In this document: one piece after another, positions 28,179 through 38,735 of the stretch
Layout: each line of letters begins with the position of its first letter
How positions within the stretch are numbered: the first letter of the stretch is position 1
From: Deltaproteobacteria bacterium
GTDB taxonomy: Bacteria; Desulfobacterota; Syntrophia; Syntrophales; UBA2185
Assembly (NCBI GenBank): GCA_026388545.1
Contig: JAPLJS010000105.1
Coordinates: 2,507-66,506 of the forward strand
Direction of reading: 5' to 3'
DNA length: 64,000 bases
The notes under the pieces: model-generated
Seen by the model: only the letters and a program-made list of their open reading frames with translations
What the model was told of the DNA's origin: nothing
The model's database searches: none
Program-made: the position numbers and the translations under genes

Positions 28179-28796
28179 ATGGTTACAAAGAGAAAGAGAA
28201 GAACGGAAGAGATAAAGGGCAAGAAAAAAAAGAAACGAATGAAAAAATCTCTTCTTTTTGTGATTATTACTACCATTGTTGTATGTCTCATTCTTTTCTT
28301 TGTAATCCTTTTTGAATATGTGTTTCCGCCAACTAAAAATAACGTTGCTAAAAAGGAAAAATATGAGGTAGTCCTCTATTTTTCCGATGCAAATGAACGA
28401 TTTTTAGTTCCGGAGAAGAGGTTTATTCCTAAGGAAGAAAGCACCGAAGGCAAGGCGAGGGAACTTGTAAAGGCTTTGCTGGAGGGATCAAAAACGAAGT
28501 TGGTAAATACGTTTCCTGAAAAGGTAGTCCTGGAAAGTATTAAAATAGATGATAAGCAAACAGCATATGTCAGTTTCGATAAAAATCTCATCAAGTTCCA
28601 TCCGGGTGGCAGTGCCAGCGAAATGGCAACAATATATTCACTGACCAACACGTTGACACGAAATATCAGTGATATTAAAAGAGTGAAATTCCTGGTTGAC
28701 GGGAAGGATGTGGAATCTATTAAAGGACATATTGATACAAGGCAACCATTTAATATGAATAAGGATTTGTTGGCGCCGGGTTCAAAAGAAGGATAA
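28179..28796 (+). CDS. GerMN domain-containing membrane-anchored protein
   Basis: 205 aa; a basic N-terminus plus TM, then [20 protein letters not shown]...ELVKALLEG...VSFDKNL...IYSLTNTL...VKFLVDG, typical of GerMN. Confidence 0.8.
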   Translation: MVTKRKRRTEEIKGKKKKKRMKKSLLFVIITTIVVCLILFFVILFEYVFPPTKNNVAKKEKYEVVLYFSDANERFLVPEKRFIPKEESTEGKARELVKALLEGSKTKLVNTFPEKVVLESIKIDDKQTAYVSFDKNLIKFHPGGSASEMATIYSLTNTLTRNISDIKRVKFLVDGKDVESIKGHIDTRQPFNMNKDLLAPGSKEG

Positions 28797-28834
28797 TGCC
28801 GGGGAAAGGGCAAACTCCTCTCGGGAATAAGTCT

Positions 28835-30868
28835 ATGGCTTCAAAAACAAAACTTTCAAGAACAAGAAATATTGGGATCGTAGCCCATATAGATGCCGGT
28901 AAAACTACCGTGACAGAGAGAATCCTCTTCTATACGGGGAGATTATATAAGATGGGTGAGGTTCATGATGGTGAAGCTGTTATGGACTGGATGCCTCAAG
29001 AACAGGAAAGAGGGATAACAATCACTTCAGCCGTTACAGCCTGCACCTGGGATAATAATGAAATCCAGATTATTGATACACCCGGTCATGTAGATTTTAC
29101 CATGGAGGTCGAGCGGTGCCTCAGAGTTCTGGATGGTGCGGTAGTTGTGTTTTGTGCAGTCGGTGGCGTTGAACCACAATCAGAAACCGTCTGGCACCAG
29201 GCAGATAAATATGGTGTTCCCAAGATTGCTTTTATCAATAAGATGGACAGAATTGGAGCCGATTATTTTGGCACTATAAAGACGATGGGTGAAAGGTTCA
29301 ATTCAATACCGTTACCCATACAGATACCTTTTGGCCAGGAAGAGCATTTTAAAGGGGTCATAGACCTGATCAAACAGAAATCGATTATCTGGGATAACAA
29401 TACACTCGGGTCGTCTTTTACAATATCGGATATTCCGTCCGATATATTTCCACAGGTCAAAGAGTATCGGGAGAAACTGATAGAATCACTCGCTGAAATG
29501 GATGATTATATTGCGGAGAAGTATCTGGATGGAACTGAAATTTCGGAGAGAGAGATCATACGGGCCATAAGGCAGGCGACTATTTCCTTAAAGGCGGTGC
29601 CGATTATGTGCGGTACTGCCCTGAGAAACAAGGGAATTCAACCTGTACTCGATGGTATTGTTAATTTTCTTCCGTCACCGGAAGATATCCCGCCGGTTGA
29701 GGGTGTCAATCCTCTGACCAAACAAGAAGAGGTACGATACTGCAGGGACGAAGAACCTCTTTCTGCCCTCGCATTCAAAATTATGCAGGATGAGGGAAGA
29801 AAATTAACCTATCTGAGGGTTTATTCGGGACAGCTAAAGGTTGGATGTGATGTATATAATGCCAGCATTGGGAAAAAAGAAAAAATTGCAAGACTCTTGA
29901 AAATGCATGCTAATAAGCGGGAAAGGATTGATCAGTGTGGTGCGGGGGGTATCGTTGCTATTATGGGTCTCAAAGATACAACCACCGGAAATACTATTTG
30001 CGATCAGTCTCATCCGATTCTTCTTGAACCTATAGAATTTTGTCAACCTGTCATAAGTCAGGCTATCGAGGCCAAAACACCGGCAGATCAGGAAAAACTG
30101 GCCGTAGCGCTGAACAAGCTGATGGAAGAAGATCCCACGATTAAGGTAAGGTACGAAGAGGAGACTGCTCAGACTATTATTTCAGGCATGGGGGAACTTC
30201 ATCTTGAAATCCTTATCGACAGGTTAAAAAGGGAATTTAACGCACGTGTTAATGTGGGTAAACCCAGGGTTGTCTATCGTGAAACTATTCAAAAGAAAAT
30301 AGAGATTGAAGGAATTTTTGAGAAGGAACTGGGTGAAAAAAAGCATTATGGTCATGTTCGGTTATTACTTGAACCCAAGGGAAGAGGGGAAGGCATTGAG
30401 CTTGTCAGGCAGATCGAAGGGACCGTAATACCTGAAGAATTCTTTACTGCTATTGAAGAGGGTGTACAAGAAGCAACCCTCAGTGGAATAGTTAGTGGAT
30501 ATCCAATTGTGGATGTCAGGATATCAATAGTAGGAGGATCTTATAGAGAAGGGGAATCCACGACACTTGGGTATAAAATAGCGGCATCTTCTGCAGTAAA
30601 AAACGGGTGTTTACAAGCGGATCCTGTATTGCTTGAGCCGATCATGATGGTAGATATTATTGCACCAGGAGAATATATGGGTGAAGTTATTGGAGACATA
30701 AATGCAAGGCGCGGGGAAATTCACGCCATCTCAACAAAGGGAGCAATAAGTGAAATCAAGGCAAAGGTTCCTTTAAAGGCAATGTTTGGATATTCAACCG
30801 ACCTGCGTTCTGCAACTCAGGGGAGAGCAATCTTCTCCATGCAATTCTACGCGTACGATAAAAGTTAA
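28835..30868 (+). CDS. fusA: Elongation factor G (paralog)
   Basis: [44 protein letters not shown]. The track ORF starts at 28796 (in frame); 28835 gives the canonical EF-G N-terminus. Confidence 0.93.
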   Translation: MASKTKLSRTRNIGIVAHIDAGKTTVTERILFYTGRLYKMGEVHDGEAVMDWMPQEQERGITITSAVTACTWDNNEIQIIDTPGHVDFTMEVERCLRVLDGAVVVFCAVGGVEPQSETVWHQADKYGVPKIAFINKMDRIGADYFGTIKTMGERFNSIPLPIQIPFGQEEHFKGVIDLIKQKSIIWDNNTLGSSFTISDIPSDIFPQVKEYREKLIESLAEMDDYIAEKYLDGTEISEREIIRAIRQATISLKAVPIMCGTALRNKGIQPVLDGIVNFLPSPEDIPPVEGVNPLTKQEEVRYCRDEEPLSALAFKIMQDEGRKLTYLRVYSGQLKVGCDVYNASIGKKEKIARLLKMHANKRERIDQCGAGGIVAIMGLKDTTTGNTICDQSHPILLEPIEFCQPVISQAIEAKTPADQEKLAVALNKLMEEDPTIKVRYEEETAQTIISGMGELHLEILIDRLKREFNARVNVGKPRVVYRETIQKKIEIEGIFEKELGEKKHYGHVRLLLEPKGRGEGIELVRQIEGTVIPEEFFTAIEEGVQEATLSGIVSGYPIVDVRISIVGGSYREGESTTLGYKIAASSAVKNGCLQADPVLLEPIMMVDIIAPGEYMGEVIGDINARRGEIHAISTKGAISEIKAKVPLKAMFGYSTDLRSATQGRAIFSMQFYAYDKS

Positions 30869-31069
30869 TGTGCTCAGGCTGAAGCATAATCAATAGTGGA
30901 TCATTTCCGAGAAAGTTGCGGGCATCTTCAGGATTAGCTGACTGCTGTCATCTGAAAGCTTTCAGTTGAATTCTCGATGGCTTTCTTGCAACTAAACGGG
31001 AGAAGAACTTCAATATTTAGGAAAAGGCAAATAAAACACTCTCTTATAGCGTATTTGTCTGGGTAGCAT

Positions 31070-32251
31070 ATGTCAATTGGTTTGAGGTTCATGAAAGGGC
31101 TCTATAGAGAGCGGTTCGTTCAGATTGCGATCGTAATCCTGAGCGTCATATTTTTCAGCTCTCTGTGTGTGTATTATTTTGAACGTGCAAGGGTTGATTC
31201 TAATATTCGTTCTCTATGGGACGGCGTCTGGTGGGCTATAGTAACTATGGGTACGGTTGGTTATGGCGATAAATATCCCATAACGACCGGCGGAAGAATA
31301 GTCGGATTGATACTTATCTTTGCAGGTGTCGGTTTGATGTCTTTGTTTACGGCAACCATCGCCTCTATTTTTGTCGAAAAGAAGCTAAAGGAGGGGAGGG
31401 GCTTGGAAACAGTCAAAGAAAAAGATCACATTGTTATATGCGGCTGGAATCAGCATACCGAAGAGGTCCTCCAGGTGCTGACCACATATGGTACTATTGA
31501 TGATACTCCCATCATCCTGATAAATGAACTTACTGTCGACGATATCGATTCTTTTAAACTTAAGTATAATAAATACAACCTGAAATTTCTCAGGGGTAAT
31601 TATGTCCATGAAGATGTTCTTTTAAGAGCAAATATTGCTAAGGCTAAATTTGCATTAATTATGGCAGACACATCCGGAAGCCATCCCCTTGATAGAATTG
31701 ACGAAAGGACAACTCTTGCAGCCCTGACAATCAAGTCTATAGCTCCCAAAGTTAAAACCATTGCCGAGCTTTTAGATGGTGAAAACAGGCAACACTTGAA
31801 GCGGGCTAACGTTGATGAGATCATAGTCAGGGGCGAACATGTAGGATCTCTCTTAGCCAGTGCAATAAATTCTCCCGGTCTGCCGAAAATATTCTCAAGT
31901 ATTTTATCGTTAACGGATACCAATAAATTGTGGAGAGTCGAAATTCCTCGAAGTTTTATTGGAAGGACGTTTAAAGAATTATCAACATTTTACCGGGAAA
32001 AGCAGCATGCTATCCTGTTAGGCCTCTTAATGGAAAAAAAGGCAATGAAATTAGAGGATCTTCTTTCGGATGACACATCCATAATTGACACCTTTATCAA
32101 GGAAAAAATAAAAGAAGCAAAAAAAGACCTGCTTTATAAAAGAGAAGAAATACAATTTATCTTAAATCCTGATGATGGATATATTATTAACGAGGGGGAA
32201 TTCGCCGTTATACTTTCGAAAGTGATGCCGGCTAAATTCAGCCACAAGTAA
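31070..32251 (+). CDS. Two-TM potassium channel with an RCK/TrkA-N domain
   Basis: Selectivity filter TVGYGD, followed by HIVICGWN (a Rossmann-like RCK N-terminus). Confidence 0.9.
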   Translation: MSIGLRFMKGLYRERFVQIAIVILSVIFFSSLCVYYFERARVDSNIRSLWDGVWWAIVTMGTVGYGDKYPITTGGRIVGLILIFAGVGLMSLFTATIASIFVEKKLKEGRGLETVKEKDHIVICGWNQHTEEVLQVLTTYGTIDDTPIILINELTVDDIDSFKLKYNKYNLKFLRGNYVHEDVLLRANIAKAKFALIMADTSGSHPLDRIDERTTLAALTIKSIAPKVKTIAELLDGENRQHLKRANVDEIIVRGEHVGSLLASAINSPGLPKIFSSILSLTDTNKLWRVEIPRSFIGRTFKELSTFYREKQHAILLGLLMEKKAMKLEDLLSDDTSIIDTFIKEKIKEAKKDLLYKREEIQFILNPDDGYIINEGEFAVILSKVMPAKFSHK

Positions 32252-32373
32252 GCGGCCGAGGATGTACCCTATAAGCAGTGATCGAAAAAATACGTCAGAC
32301 GCGTAAAGTTTTCAACTATTAAAATTTTGTTATTTATAAAGAAGTTTAGAGATATTACCTTGGGAGATAATTA

Positions 32374-32883
32374 ATGGATCAGGAAATATCTGTATTGCAG
32401 GAAATTGCGCTTTTCAAAAACCTGACCACGGATAAGATCCGGAAAGTCTTAAATATTGTTAGTAAACATACCTTTTCAGAGAACGATATCATTTTGAAAG
32501 AGGGCGATGTCGGAGATACGATGTATATTATCCTGGAAGGAACTGTTGAGGTTGCAAAGAGCCTTGTCATTAGCGGTATAGATGATGAATACAATGAGAA
32601 AGATAAGGTGTTTACGAGACTGGACGGCAAACATCATGCTGTTTTTGGCGAGATTGCCCTTTTGGAGGAACTCAAAAGAACTGCTACAATTAAGGCAATC
32701 ACAAATTGTGTTTTATACGAAATTAAAAAGGATGATTTCTTAAAGCTTGCTGAGGAAGATTACGAACTTGGTTACAGGATATTGTTGAATCTGGCACGAA
32801 TCGTAAGTGCGAGATTGAGGAAAGCTGATGAAGACACGATTAAGCTTACCACAGCTCTCAGTGTAATATTGCATGAGGCATAA
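32374..32883 (+). CDS. Cyclic nucleotide-binding domain protein
   Basis: 169 aa: LFKNL...GDVGDTMYIILEG.V.V...FGEIALL...RTATIKA, the canonical cNMP-binding fold signature. Confidence 0.85.
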   Translation: MDQEISVLQEIALFKNLTTDKIRKVLNIVSKHTFSENDIILKEGDVGDTMYIILEGTVEVAKSLVISGIDDEYNEKDKVFTRLDGKHHAVFGEIALLEELKRTATIKAITNCVLYEIKKDDFLKLAEEDYELGYRILLNLARIVSARLRKADEDTIKLTTALSVILHEA

Positions 32884-32942
32884 TAGTGGCAGTCTCAAAA
32901 GATTATGTCGAGTACATTGTCATTTTAAGCGGGAACTGATTT

Positions 32943-35081
32943 ATGACAGTAAATAATGATGAAAATGATTTCCATTTCAGAGCATTAGTTGCTCCTTTGC
33001 TCGATAAGGACAAGCTGCTGAAAAGTATTTTCCGCATAAGTGCTTTTCTCACCGCCCCATCCAATGTAGGTGAAATCCTGGCTAAAATATTAGACGAGGT
33101 TGTCGATACCATAGGCTTCGACATGGGGATCATTCGTCTTTTTGATGAAACGAAGCAATATCTGGAAACCAAGGTCGTAAAGAATTACAATCCTGAAGAG
33201 TCGAAGATTGCCTTTTCCGTTGCCCTGAATATTAACGAGCATGATTGTCTATCAACAAAGGTGGCCAAATCAGGTCAACTGATAGCCATTGAAGATGCGG
33301 CAACCGATCCAAGGATTACCGAAACCGATCGTATGCTGACAAAAATCTATAACAGAGGCTCTATTATTTGTGCACCCCTGAAAATAGGTGATGAGGTTAT
33401 CGGCACTATTGCTGCCTGGTGCAAAGAAGAAACAAACTTTTTCCTCGAGGAGATCAACCTCTTCTTAACATTTGCAAGTCAGATAAGTATTGTTATTCAT
33501 AGCACAAGGCTGTTTGAAACAAACGCGGAAAAAATTCGACAATTGATGATCCTTCAGGAGGCCGTGTCTGAGATAAATGTAAGTCGTGTTCTTGATAATC
33601 GTATACTTGACATTCTTAATAAGAGTGCACTTAAAATTGCAGCTGCCGATAAAGTACTCATATATTTCCTGGACATTGAAAAGGATCGATGCCTCATCAC
33701 TGATGGTGGAAATGTGTTTATCGAGGATAAAAAGGTTTATGATGACAAGATCGGGAAAAGTATTATTGAACAGGCGATGAATACTGATACTATTATCGTT
33801 TGTCGTGAATCAGACGATAGTTCTTCCGGCACCTATCCCGTTTACGATGGTTATTGTTCAGAAATAGCCTTTCCCCTTCATATAAAGGATAAGTTTAAAG
33901 GAGCATTATATCTTGCTAAGCAGTCAGGCGGCTACTCCCAGGATCAAATTAATATTTTGGATATCCTCGTTAAAAATGCGGTGACCTCATATGACAACGC
34001 AATAATGCACTCCATGCTTTCCCTCGAAGCGGAATCCCTTAAAACAGAAGTTGAAAAACTTAAGGAAAGAGAAGACATCCTTTTAGGTTTTCATAACATT
34101 ATCGGGAAATCAAAGAAGATGATAGGTGTTTTCCATGTTATCGAGGAAGTAGCCTCACATAATACAACTATATTAATACAGGGTGAGAGTGGCACCGGTA
34201 AGGAATTGATTGCACGTGCTATTCATCGACAGAGCAACAGATATTCAAAACCGTTCGTTGATGTTAATTGTGCTGCCATTCCAGGAACGCTTTTGGAAAG
34301 TGAACTGTTTGGTTATGAGGCAGGGGCATTTACCGATGCAAGAAAAAGAAAAATCGGCCTCCTGGAATATGCCAATGGTGGGACGTTACTCTTAGATGAA
34401 GTAGGGGATATGAGCACCCAGCTACAGGTAAAATTCCTAAGAGTACTGGAAAATGGTTATGTAAGGAGATTAGGGGGAACAGAAAATATACCTGTTGATG
34501 TCAGGTACATTTTTTCAACGAATAAAGACCTCGTTAAAATGGTAAGCGAGGGTTCTTTTCGCGAAGATTTTTTTTATAGGATAAGCGTTGTTCCTGTTGT
34601 TATCCCTCCGCTTCGGGAAAGACCTGAAGACATTCCCCTTTTGATGCGACATTATATAGAAGAGTTCAATAAGAAATTTGGGAAGAAAGTCAAGGGCTTC
34701 AGTAAAGAAGCAGAACATGTTTTGAAAACCTATGCCTGGCCTGGAAATGTACGGGAGTTGAAAAATATTATTGAAAGGGTATTGATTTTACAAAAATATG
34801 GTACTACCATTTTACCTGATGAGCTTCCTGCTGAAATAAAGGTGGCCACTAATCAGAAATATCTCAAGGTTGAAATTGAAAAATTTCTCCCCCCTCTGTC
34901 TTCCGGTGAAATAAATTATTCATCAATAACACAAAATATCATGAACGATATTAAAGAAAAAATCCTTGAAAATGCTCTGGAAATAAGTGGTGGAAACAAA
35001 ACAATAGCGGCAAAGCATCTCAGCATTTCGCGATATAAATTTATCCGGGAACAAAAGAAAATCGGGAAGCATGTTAATTAA
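32943..35081 (+). CDS. Sigma-54-dependent transcriptional activator with N-terminal GAF domains
   Basis: 712 aa: GESGTGKE Walker A, the GAFTDA (GAFTGA-type) sigma-54 contact loop, ESELFGYE, and a C-terminal Fis-type HTH (NKTIAAKHLSISRYKF). Confidence 0.92.
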   Translation: MTVNNDENDFHFRALVAPLLDKDKLLKSIFRISAFLTAPSNVGEILAKILDEVVDTIGFDMGIIRLFDETKQYLETKVVKNYNPEESKIAFSVALNINEHDCLSTKVAKSGQLIAIEDAATDPRITETDRMLTKIYNRGSIICAPLKIGDEVIGTIAAWCKEETNFFLEEINLFLTFASQISIVIHSTRLFETNAEKIRQLMILQEAVSEINVSRVLDNRILDILNKSALKIAAADKVLIYFLDIEKDRCLITDGGNVFIEDKKVYDDKIGKSIIEQAMNTDTIIVCRESDDSSSGTYPVYDGYCSEIAFPLHIKDKFKGALYLAKQSGGYSQDQINILDILVKNAVTSYDNAIMHSMLSLEAESLKTEVEKLKEREDILLGFHNIIGKSKKMIGVFHVIEEVASHNTTILIQGESGTGKELIARAIHRQSNRYSKPFVDVNCAAIPGTLLESELFGYEAGAFTDARKRKIGLLEYANGGTLLLDEVGDMSTQLQVKFLRVLENGYVRRLGGTENIPVDVRYIFSTNKDLVKMVSEGSFREDFFYRISVVPVVIPPLRERPEDIPLLMRHYIEEFNKKFGKKVKGFSKEAEHVLKTYAWPGNVRELKNIIERVLILQKYGTTILPDELPAEIKVATNQKYLKVEIEKFLPPLSSGEINYSSITQNIMNDIKEKILENALEISGGNKTIAAKHLSISRYKFIREQKKIGKHVN

Positions 35082-35096
35082 TTATTGGTAAATCAA

Positions 35097-35133
35097 TGTG
35101 CGAATAATGCACAATGAGTGCGAATAACGCACA
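35097..35133 (+). promoter_or_regulatory. Two tandem activator-type palindromes (UAS1, UAS2)
   Basis: TGTGCGAATAATGCACA (35097-35113) and AGTGCGAATAACGCACA (35117-35133), 20 bp centre to centre, immediately downstream of the activator gene. Confidence 0.55.
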
Positions 35134-35197
35134 TAACAAGAAACTCTGTATGAACCTTCGTGTATGATAGAGTTCGCAGATTATGTGTTAAAAACAA

Positions 35198-35214
35198 TGT
35201 GCGATTATCGCACT
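35198..35214 (+). promoter_or_regulatory. Third activator-type palindrome (UAS3)
   Basis: TGTGCGATTATCGCACT, with the same GTGCG-N5-CGCAC core. Confidence 0.5.
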
Positions 35215-35374
35215 AATCAATTATAAAATGATTGGCAAAAACATCACAGTTTTAAAGACTTCGTGTTTTTCACATTTAATGAAGCATAAATAATATTTGT
35301 AACTGGTTGTATTCTATAGAATGTTAAAGAAATGCGCTTTTATTTATAAATAAAGGTGTAAGCATTTATTTATG

Positions 35375-35389
35375 TGGCATCAATTTTGC
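35375..35389 (+). promoter_or_regulatory. Sigma-54 (-24/-12) promoter
   Basis: TGGCATcaattTTGC compared with the consensus TGGCAC-N5-TTGC. It lies about 160-280 bp downstream of the three palindromes. Confidence 0.6.
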
Positions 35390-35399
35390 GGTAATATAA

Positions 35400-35948
35400 A
35401 TCAACTTAATAAAGAGACCTCTCGAGAACGTAAGAAACCTTTAGGAATAATAGCCGATAGAGCAATCATGAAAGGTAGATCTCAGAGGTCTCACGAAAGT
35501 AATACTCAATTAAATATATAGTAAATGAAAAGGGAGGAGAAAGAGCGCAAAGAGATAAAAAAAAATCAGGAAGATAAGTTTTCCGGTTCGGAATCTGATA
35601 GTAGTGAATATGGCATTGAGTATGATTTTTTTATAACCGAAAATTTCAGATATACTGAAAAAAAGACAAACAGATATCAACCAGGAAAACAGAGAAGAGG
35701 AGATGGGGCTACAGATCAAAGTAAAACATTTTTTCTTCCAGATTTTTTTTCACATGAAGATTAGCTAAGCTGTCATTATAAAAGCTTTCTTATTTAAATC
35801 GGTGGATGGTTTCCCTTCCCTCCTTTGCCATCCACCGACCCCCTTTACAGGTTACCTGGCAAGGGGGCGGCATTCATAAATCATTAAAATATACAATATG
35901 GTGGATGGTTAAGTGTTTCCCTCCTTTTTTAACCATCCACTTTTTTTT
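35400..35948 (+). ncRNA. Candidate sigma-54-dependent structured non-coding RNA
   Basis: No convincing CDS. Long-range stem GAGACCTCT (35414-35422) / AGAGGTCTC (35484-35492). Paralogous hairpins at 35800-35837 and 35901-35940 share GGTGGATGG stems and TTTCCCTCC-containing loops. The second is followed by T8. Confidence 0.35.
35901..35948 (+). terminator. Intrinsic terminator
   Basis: 12-bp stem GTGGATGGTTAA / TTAACCATCCAC, a 16-nt loop, then TTTTTTTT. Confidence 0.7.
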
Positions 35949-35988
35949 GTCTGATGGTATTACCTTTTGGTAAAGAAATAAGGTGTCA

Positions 35989-37083
35989 TCAAACATGAAA
36001 TCTAAAATAGGCAATATCTCCATCAGAAATTATATAATCCTTCCCTTCATATCGGATAATACCACCTTCTTTTGCAGAAGATAAGCTGCCTATTCGTATA
36101 AAATCATTACAATGAATGATCTCTGCCTTAATGAATCCCTTTTCCATATCACTGTGTATCTTCCCCGCAGCTGCTGAAGCTTTTGTCCCCTGTGGAATCG
36201 TCCAAGCACGGAGTTCGGGACCGGCGGTAGTGTAAAAGGTTATCAATCCTAAAAGATCAGAGCCTTCTCTGATGAGTTTTTGAAGACCTGATTCCTGAAG
36301 TCCGAGATCAATAAGAAATTCTCTTTGTTCCTCTTTCGAAAGCTCTGTTATTTCCGCTTCCAGGTCTCCACAAATAACAATAGCCTTTGAATCTTCTTGC
36401 GTAGCAATAGATTCTACTTGCCGGATATAGTCATAATTACCCTTGAGGACTGCCTCACTGACATTAGCAACATACAAAACCTTTTTAGCAGTCAAAAGGT
36501 GAATATCTCTAAAAATATCGAGATCTTTTTCGTTAAAACGGATGTTCCGGGCAGGGGTACCTCTCCCCATTACATCATGTATATGACTATAAAATTCAAA
36601 CTCTTTGCGAGCTGTTTTATCTCCCGTTTTTGCAAGTCTTTCACCTTTTGCAATCCTCTTTTCCAGTGTTTCCAAATCGGCAATGATCAATTCAGTATTT
36701 ATTATCTCTATATCGCGTGCAGGATCAGTATCACCATAAATATGGGCAACAGAGGGATGATCAAAACATCGTACAATATGGACAATGGCATCGACTTCCC
36801 TGATGTGCCCGAGAAACTTGTTCCCAAGGCCTTCTCCCTGGCTTGCACCTTTCACAAGACCGGCAATATCCAAGAATTCCATTGCGGTATGTGTTAATTT
36901 GGGGGGGTTGATGATTTGAGCGATTTTTTCGAGTCTTTCGTCGGGAACGGGGACAATCCCGATGTTAGGATCGATGGTGCAGAAGGGATAATTGGCGACT
37001 TCAGCTCCTGCGGCCGTCAGGGCATTGAAGATGGTGGATTTTCCTACATTCGGAAGGCCGATAATACCGCACCTGAAACCCAT
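35989..37083 (-). CDS. ychF: Redox-regulated ribosome-binding ATPase YchF
   Basis: MGFRCGIIGLPNVGKSTIFNALT..., a TGS-like C-terminus, 364 aa. Confidence 0.95.
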   Translation of the reverse strand: MGFRCGIIGLPNVGKSTIFNALTAAGAEVANYPFCTIDPNIGIVPVPDERLEKIAQIINPPKLTHTAMEFLDIAGLVKGASQGEGLGNKFLGHIREVDAIVHIVRCFDHPSVAHIYGDTDPARDIEIINTELIIADLETLEKRIAKGERLAKTGDKTARKEFEFYSHIHDVMGRGTPARNIRFNEKDLDIFRDIHLLTAKKVLYVANVSEAVLKGNYDYIRQVESIATQEDSKAIVICGDLEAEITELSKEEQREFLIDLGLQESGLQKLIREGSDLLGLITFYTTAGPELRAWTIPQGTKASAAAGKIHSDMEKGFIKAEIIHCNDFIRIGSLSSAKEGGIIRYEGKDYIISDGDIAYFRFHV

Positions 37084-37182
37084 AACATCCTCCTTTGTTA
37101 AGAACCGGTTGTTATTGGCTGATTCTTCCTGTGGATATTATAATATAGACAGTAAAAGTAATGTCAAGTTCTTTCGGTAATT

Positions 37183-38562
37183 CTATGGTTTACCGGTGTT
37201 GTCTCTTTTCCTATAAAAATTTATTATCTTTTCTGCCGCCTTCAAGCCTAAACCTATTAAACTTTTATCCCGATGTTTAAACGTTGTCTTAACATTTTCC
37301 AATTCCGTTCCAATTTCAACCTCAACAGAAGAAGATTTCTTTAACGCCAGTATCTGAGATGGGAAAACGCTCCTGTGTCCTGTCATGAGAAAACTAACGA
37401 TACAGGCGATTGCAGCATAGGGGGCGATGGCACTCCCAAAAAATTCTATGGCCAAAATACTGGCCGCAATAGGCGTATTCGCCGCTCCCGCTAAGAGACT
37501 CACGAAACCAACCGCAGAGAAGGTTGCTCTATCCAATCCAAAAACTTCTCCGAATAGGCTTCCCGATGTTGCCCCGATAAATAATATGGGCATTATGAGA
37601 CCACCGCTTCCTCCGAAGTTCAGGGTGATGCTGGTAAAGATGGCTTTTAAGAGAAAAGCATACAGGACGATTTTTTCCCCTTTGAGGGAAGACTGTATTG
37701 ATTCAAGGCCGGTGCCGAGAAATTGTTTCGAAAAAATGAAGGTTAAGCCAATGAGAATCATTCCACCAATAAGGGCTCTTAACAGCAATGATTTACTGGA
37801 CATTTCAGCAACTTTTCTTCCTGATTTTAATACCTCGATTAAAATGATCGAACAAATCCCAAAGAAAATTCCCGCCAGCACTATCTTAAAGATAAACGCT
37901 TGCGTAATAACCGGAACAAAACTGACGGGATAATACAGGTAATGGATGCCGATCAATGAAGAAATATGATAGCTTGTAACACCTGCTATGATAGAGGGAA
38001 GAAGGACTTCATATAAAATGCTCCCCACATAGAGAACCTCAACGCCAAAAATGGCTCCTGCAAATGGTGCGCCCAGAACGGATGCGAATCCTGCACTGAG
38101 CCCGCATATGACAAGTTTTTTTCTGTCATTATCGTCTAATTTAAACAGATCGGCAACGAAGGATGACAGAGATGCCCCTATTTGACCGCAGGGCCCGACT
38201 TGACCCGCTGAGCCACCTGTGGCGATTGTTATGATTGTTGTCACAAGTTTAACAGGAACGATGGCTGCGTATATTTTACCCCCTCGTTTATGAACAGCTT
38301 CAACAACCTTTTCTATCCCGTATCCCTTTGCATCAGGTTCCAAGTATTGAATTACCAGAGCACTCACTAACAATCCGACTGGCAGCAACAGGAAATAATA
38401 TGGATAACTGGTGCTACATGCTAAACTCCAGTCGAGTAACTTCAGGAACAGGGATGTCGATAATCCCACGATAATTCCTATTCCCGTGGCAATTACTACC
38501 CACTTGAGGATACTGATAAACAGAATAGATTCTTCGATGAGACGTCTTTTCATAGAAGGCAA
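37183..38562 (-). CDS. ClC-family chloride channel / H+-Cl- antiporter
   Basis: 459 aa polytopic protein with the GSGIP-like GGSAGQVGP, GAPFAGAIFGVE and GxFxP-type motifs. Confidence 0.88.
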   Translation of the reverse strand: MPSMKRRLIEESILFISILKWVVIATGIGIIVGLSTSLFLKLLDWSLACSTSYPYYFLLLPVGLLVSALVIQYLEPDAKGYGIEKVVEAVHKRGGKIYAAIVPVKLVTTIITIATGGSAGQVGPCGQIGASLSSFVADLFKLDDNDRKKLVICGLSAGFASVLGAPFAGAIFGVEVLYVGSILYEVLLPSIIAGVTSYHISSLIGIHYLYYPVSFVPVITQAFIFKIVLAGIFFGICSIILIEVLKSGRKVAEMSSKSLLLRALIGGMILIGLTFIFSKQFLGTGLESIQSSLKGEKIVLYAFLLKAIFTSITLNFGGSGGLIMPILFIGATSGSLFGEVFGLDRATFSAVGFVSLLAGAANTPIAASILAIEFFGSAIAPYAAIACIVSFLMTGHRSVFPSQILALKKSSSVEVEIGTELENVKTTFKHRDKSLIGLGLKAAEKIINFYRKRDNTGKP

Positions 38563-38663
38563 ATACGTATTACAACCACCGCTAAAATAACCTACATTAT
38601 TTTATGAGCATCAATATTCGCTTGTTTATTATATGCTATGTACTATATTTGTCAATTGATTAT

Positions 38664-38682
38664 TACACAAATGATTTGTATA
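38664..38682 (+). promoter_or_regulatory. Candidate MarR operator (site 1)
   Basis: TACACAAATGATTTGTATA, with the palindromic core ACAAAT-G-ATTTGT, in the marR/ClC divergent promoter region. 15/19 identical to the reverse complement of 41900..41918. Confidence 0.4.
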
Positions 38683-38735
38683 TAAACAATAAATATGTTA
38701 AGTGCAATAGTAAATATTCATAAAAAGGAGTGAAT

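Noticed and set aside
30951-30964. Perfect palindrome CTGAAAGCTTTCAG after the EF-G gene
   Set aside because: It could be a weak terminator or a protein site. However, it has no loop, no following T-run and no second copy, so there is too little to call.
35525-35764. 79-aa Lys/Glu-rich ORF downstream of the sigma-54 promoter
   Set aside because: It has no SD, a low-complexity A-rich sequence, and an equally long antisense ORF. I treat it as part of a candidate ncRNA, though translation is not excluded.
35800-35940. Possible mini-CRISPR, from the repeated GGTGGATGG hairpins
   Set aside because: There are only two copies, with different spacing and stem lengths, no cas genes and no spacer-like regularity. 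They fit better as paralogous RNA hairpins or a terminator.
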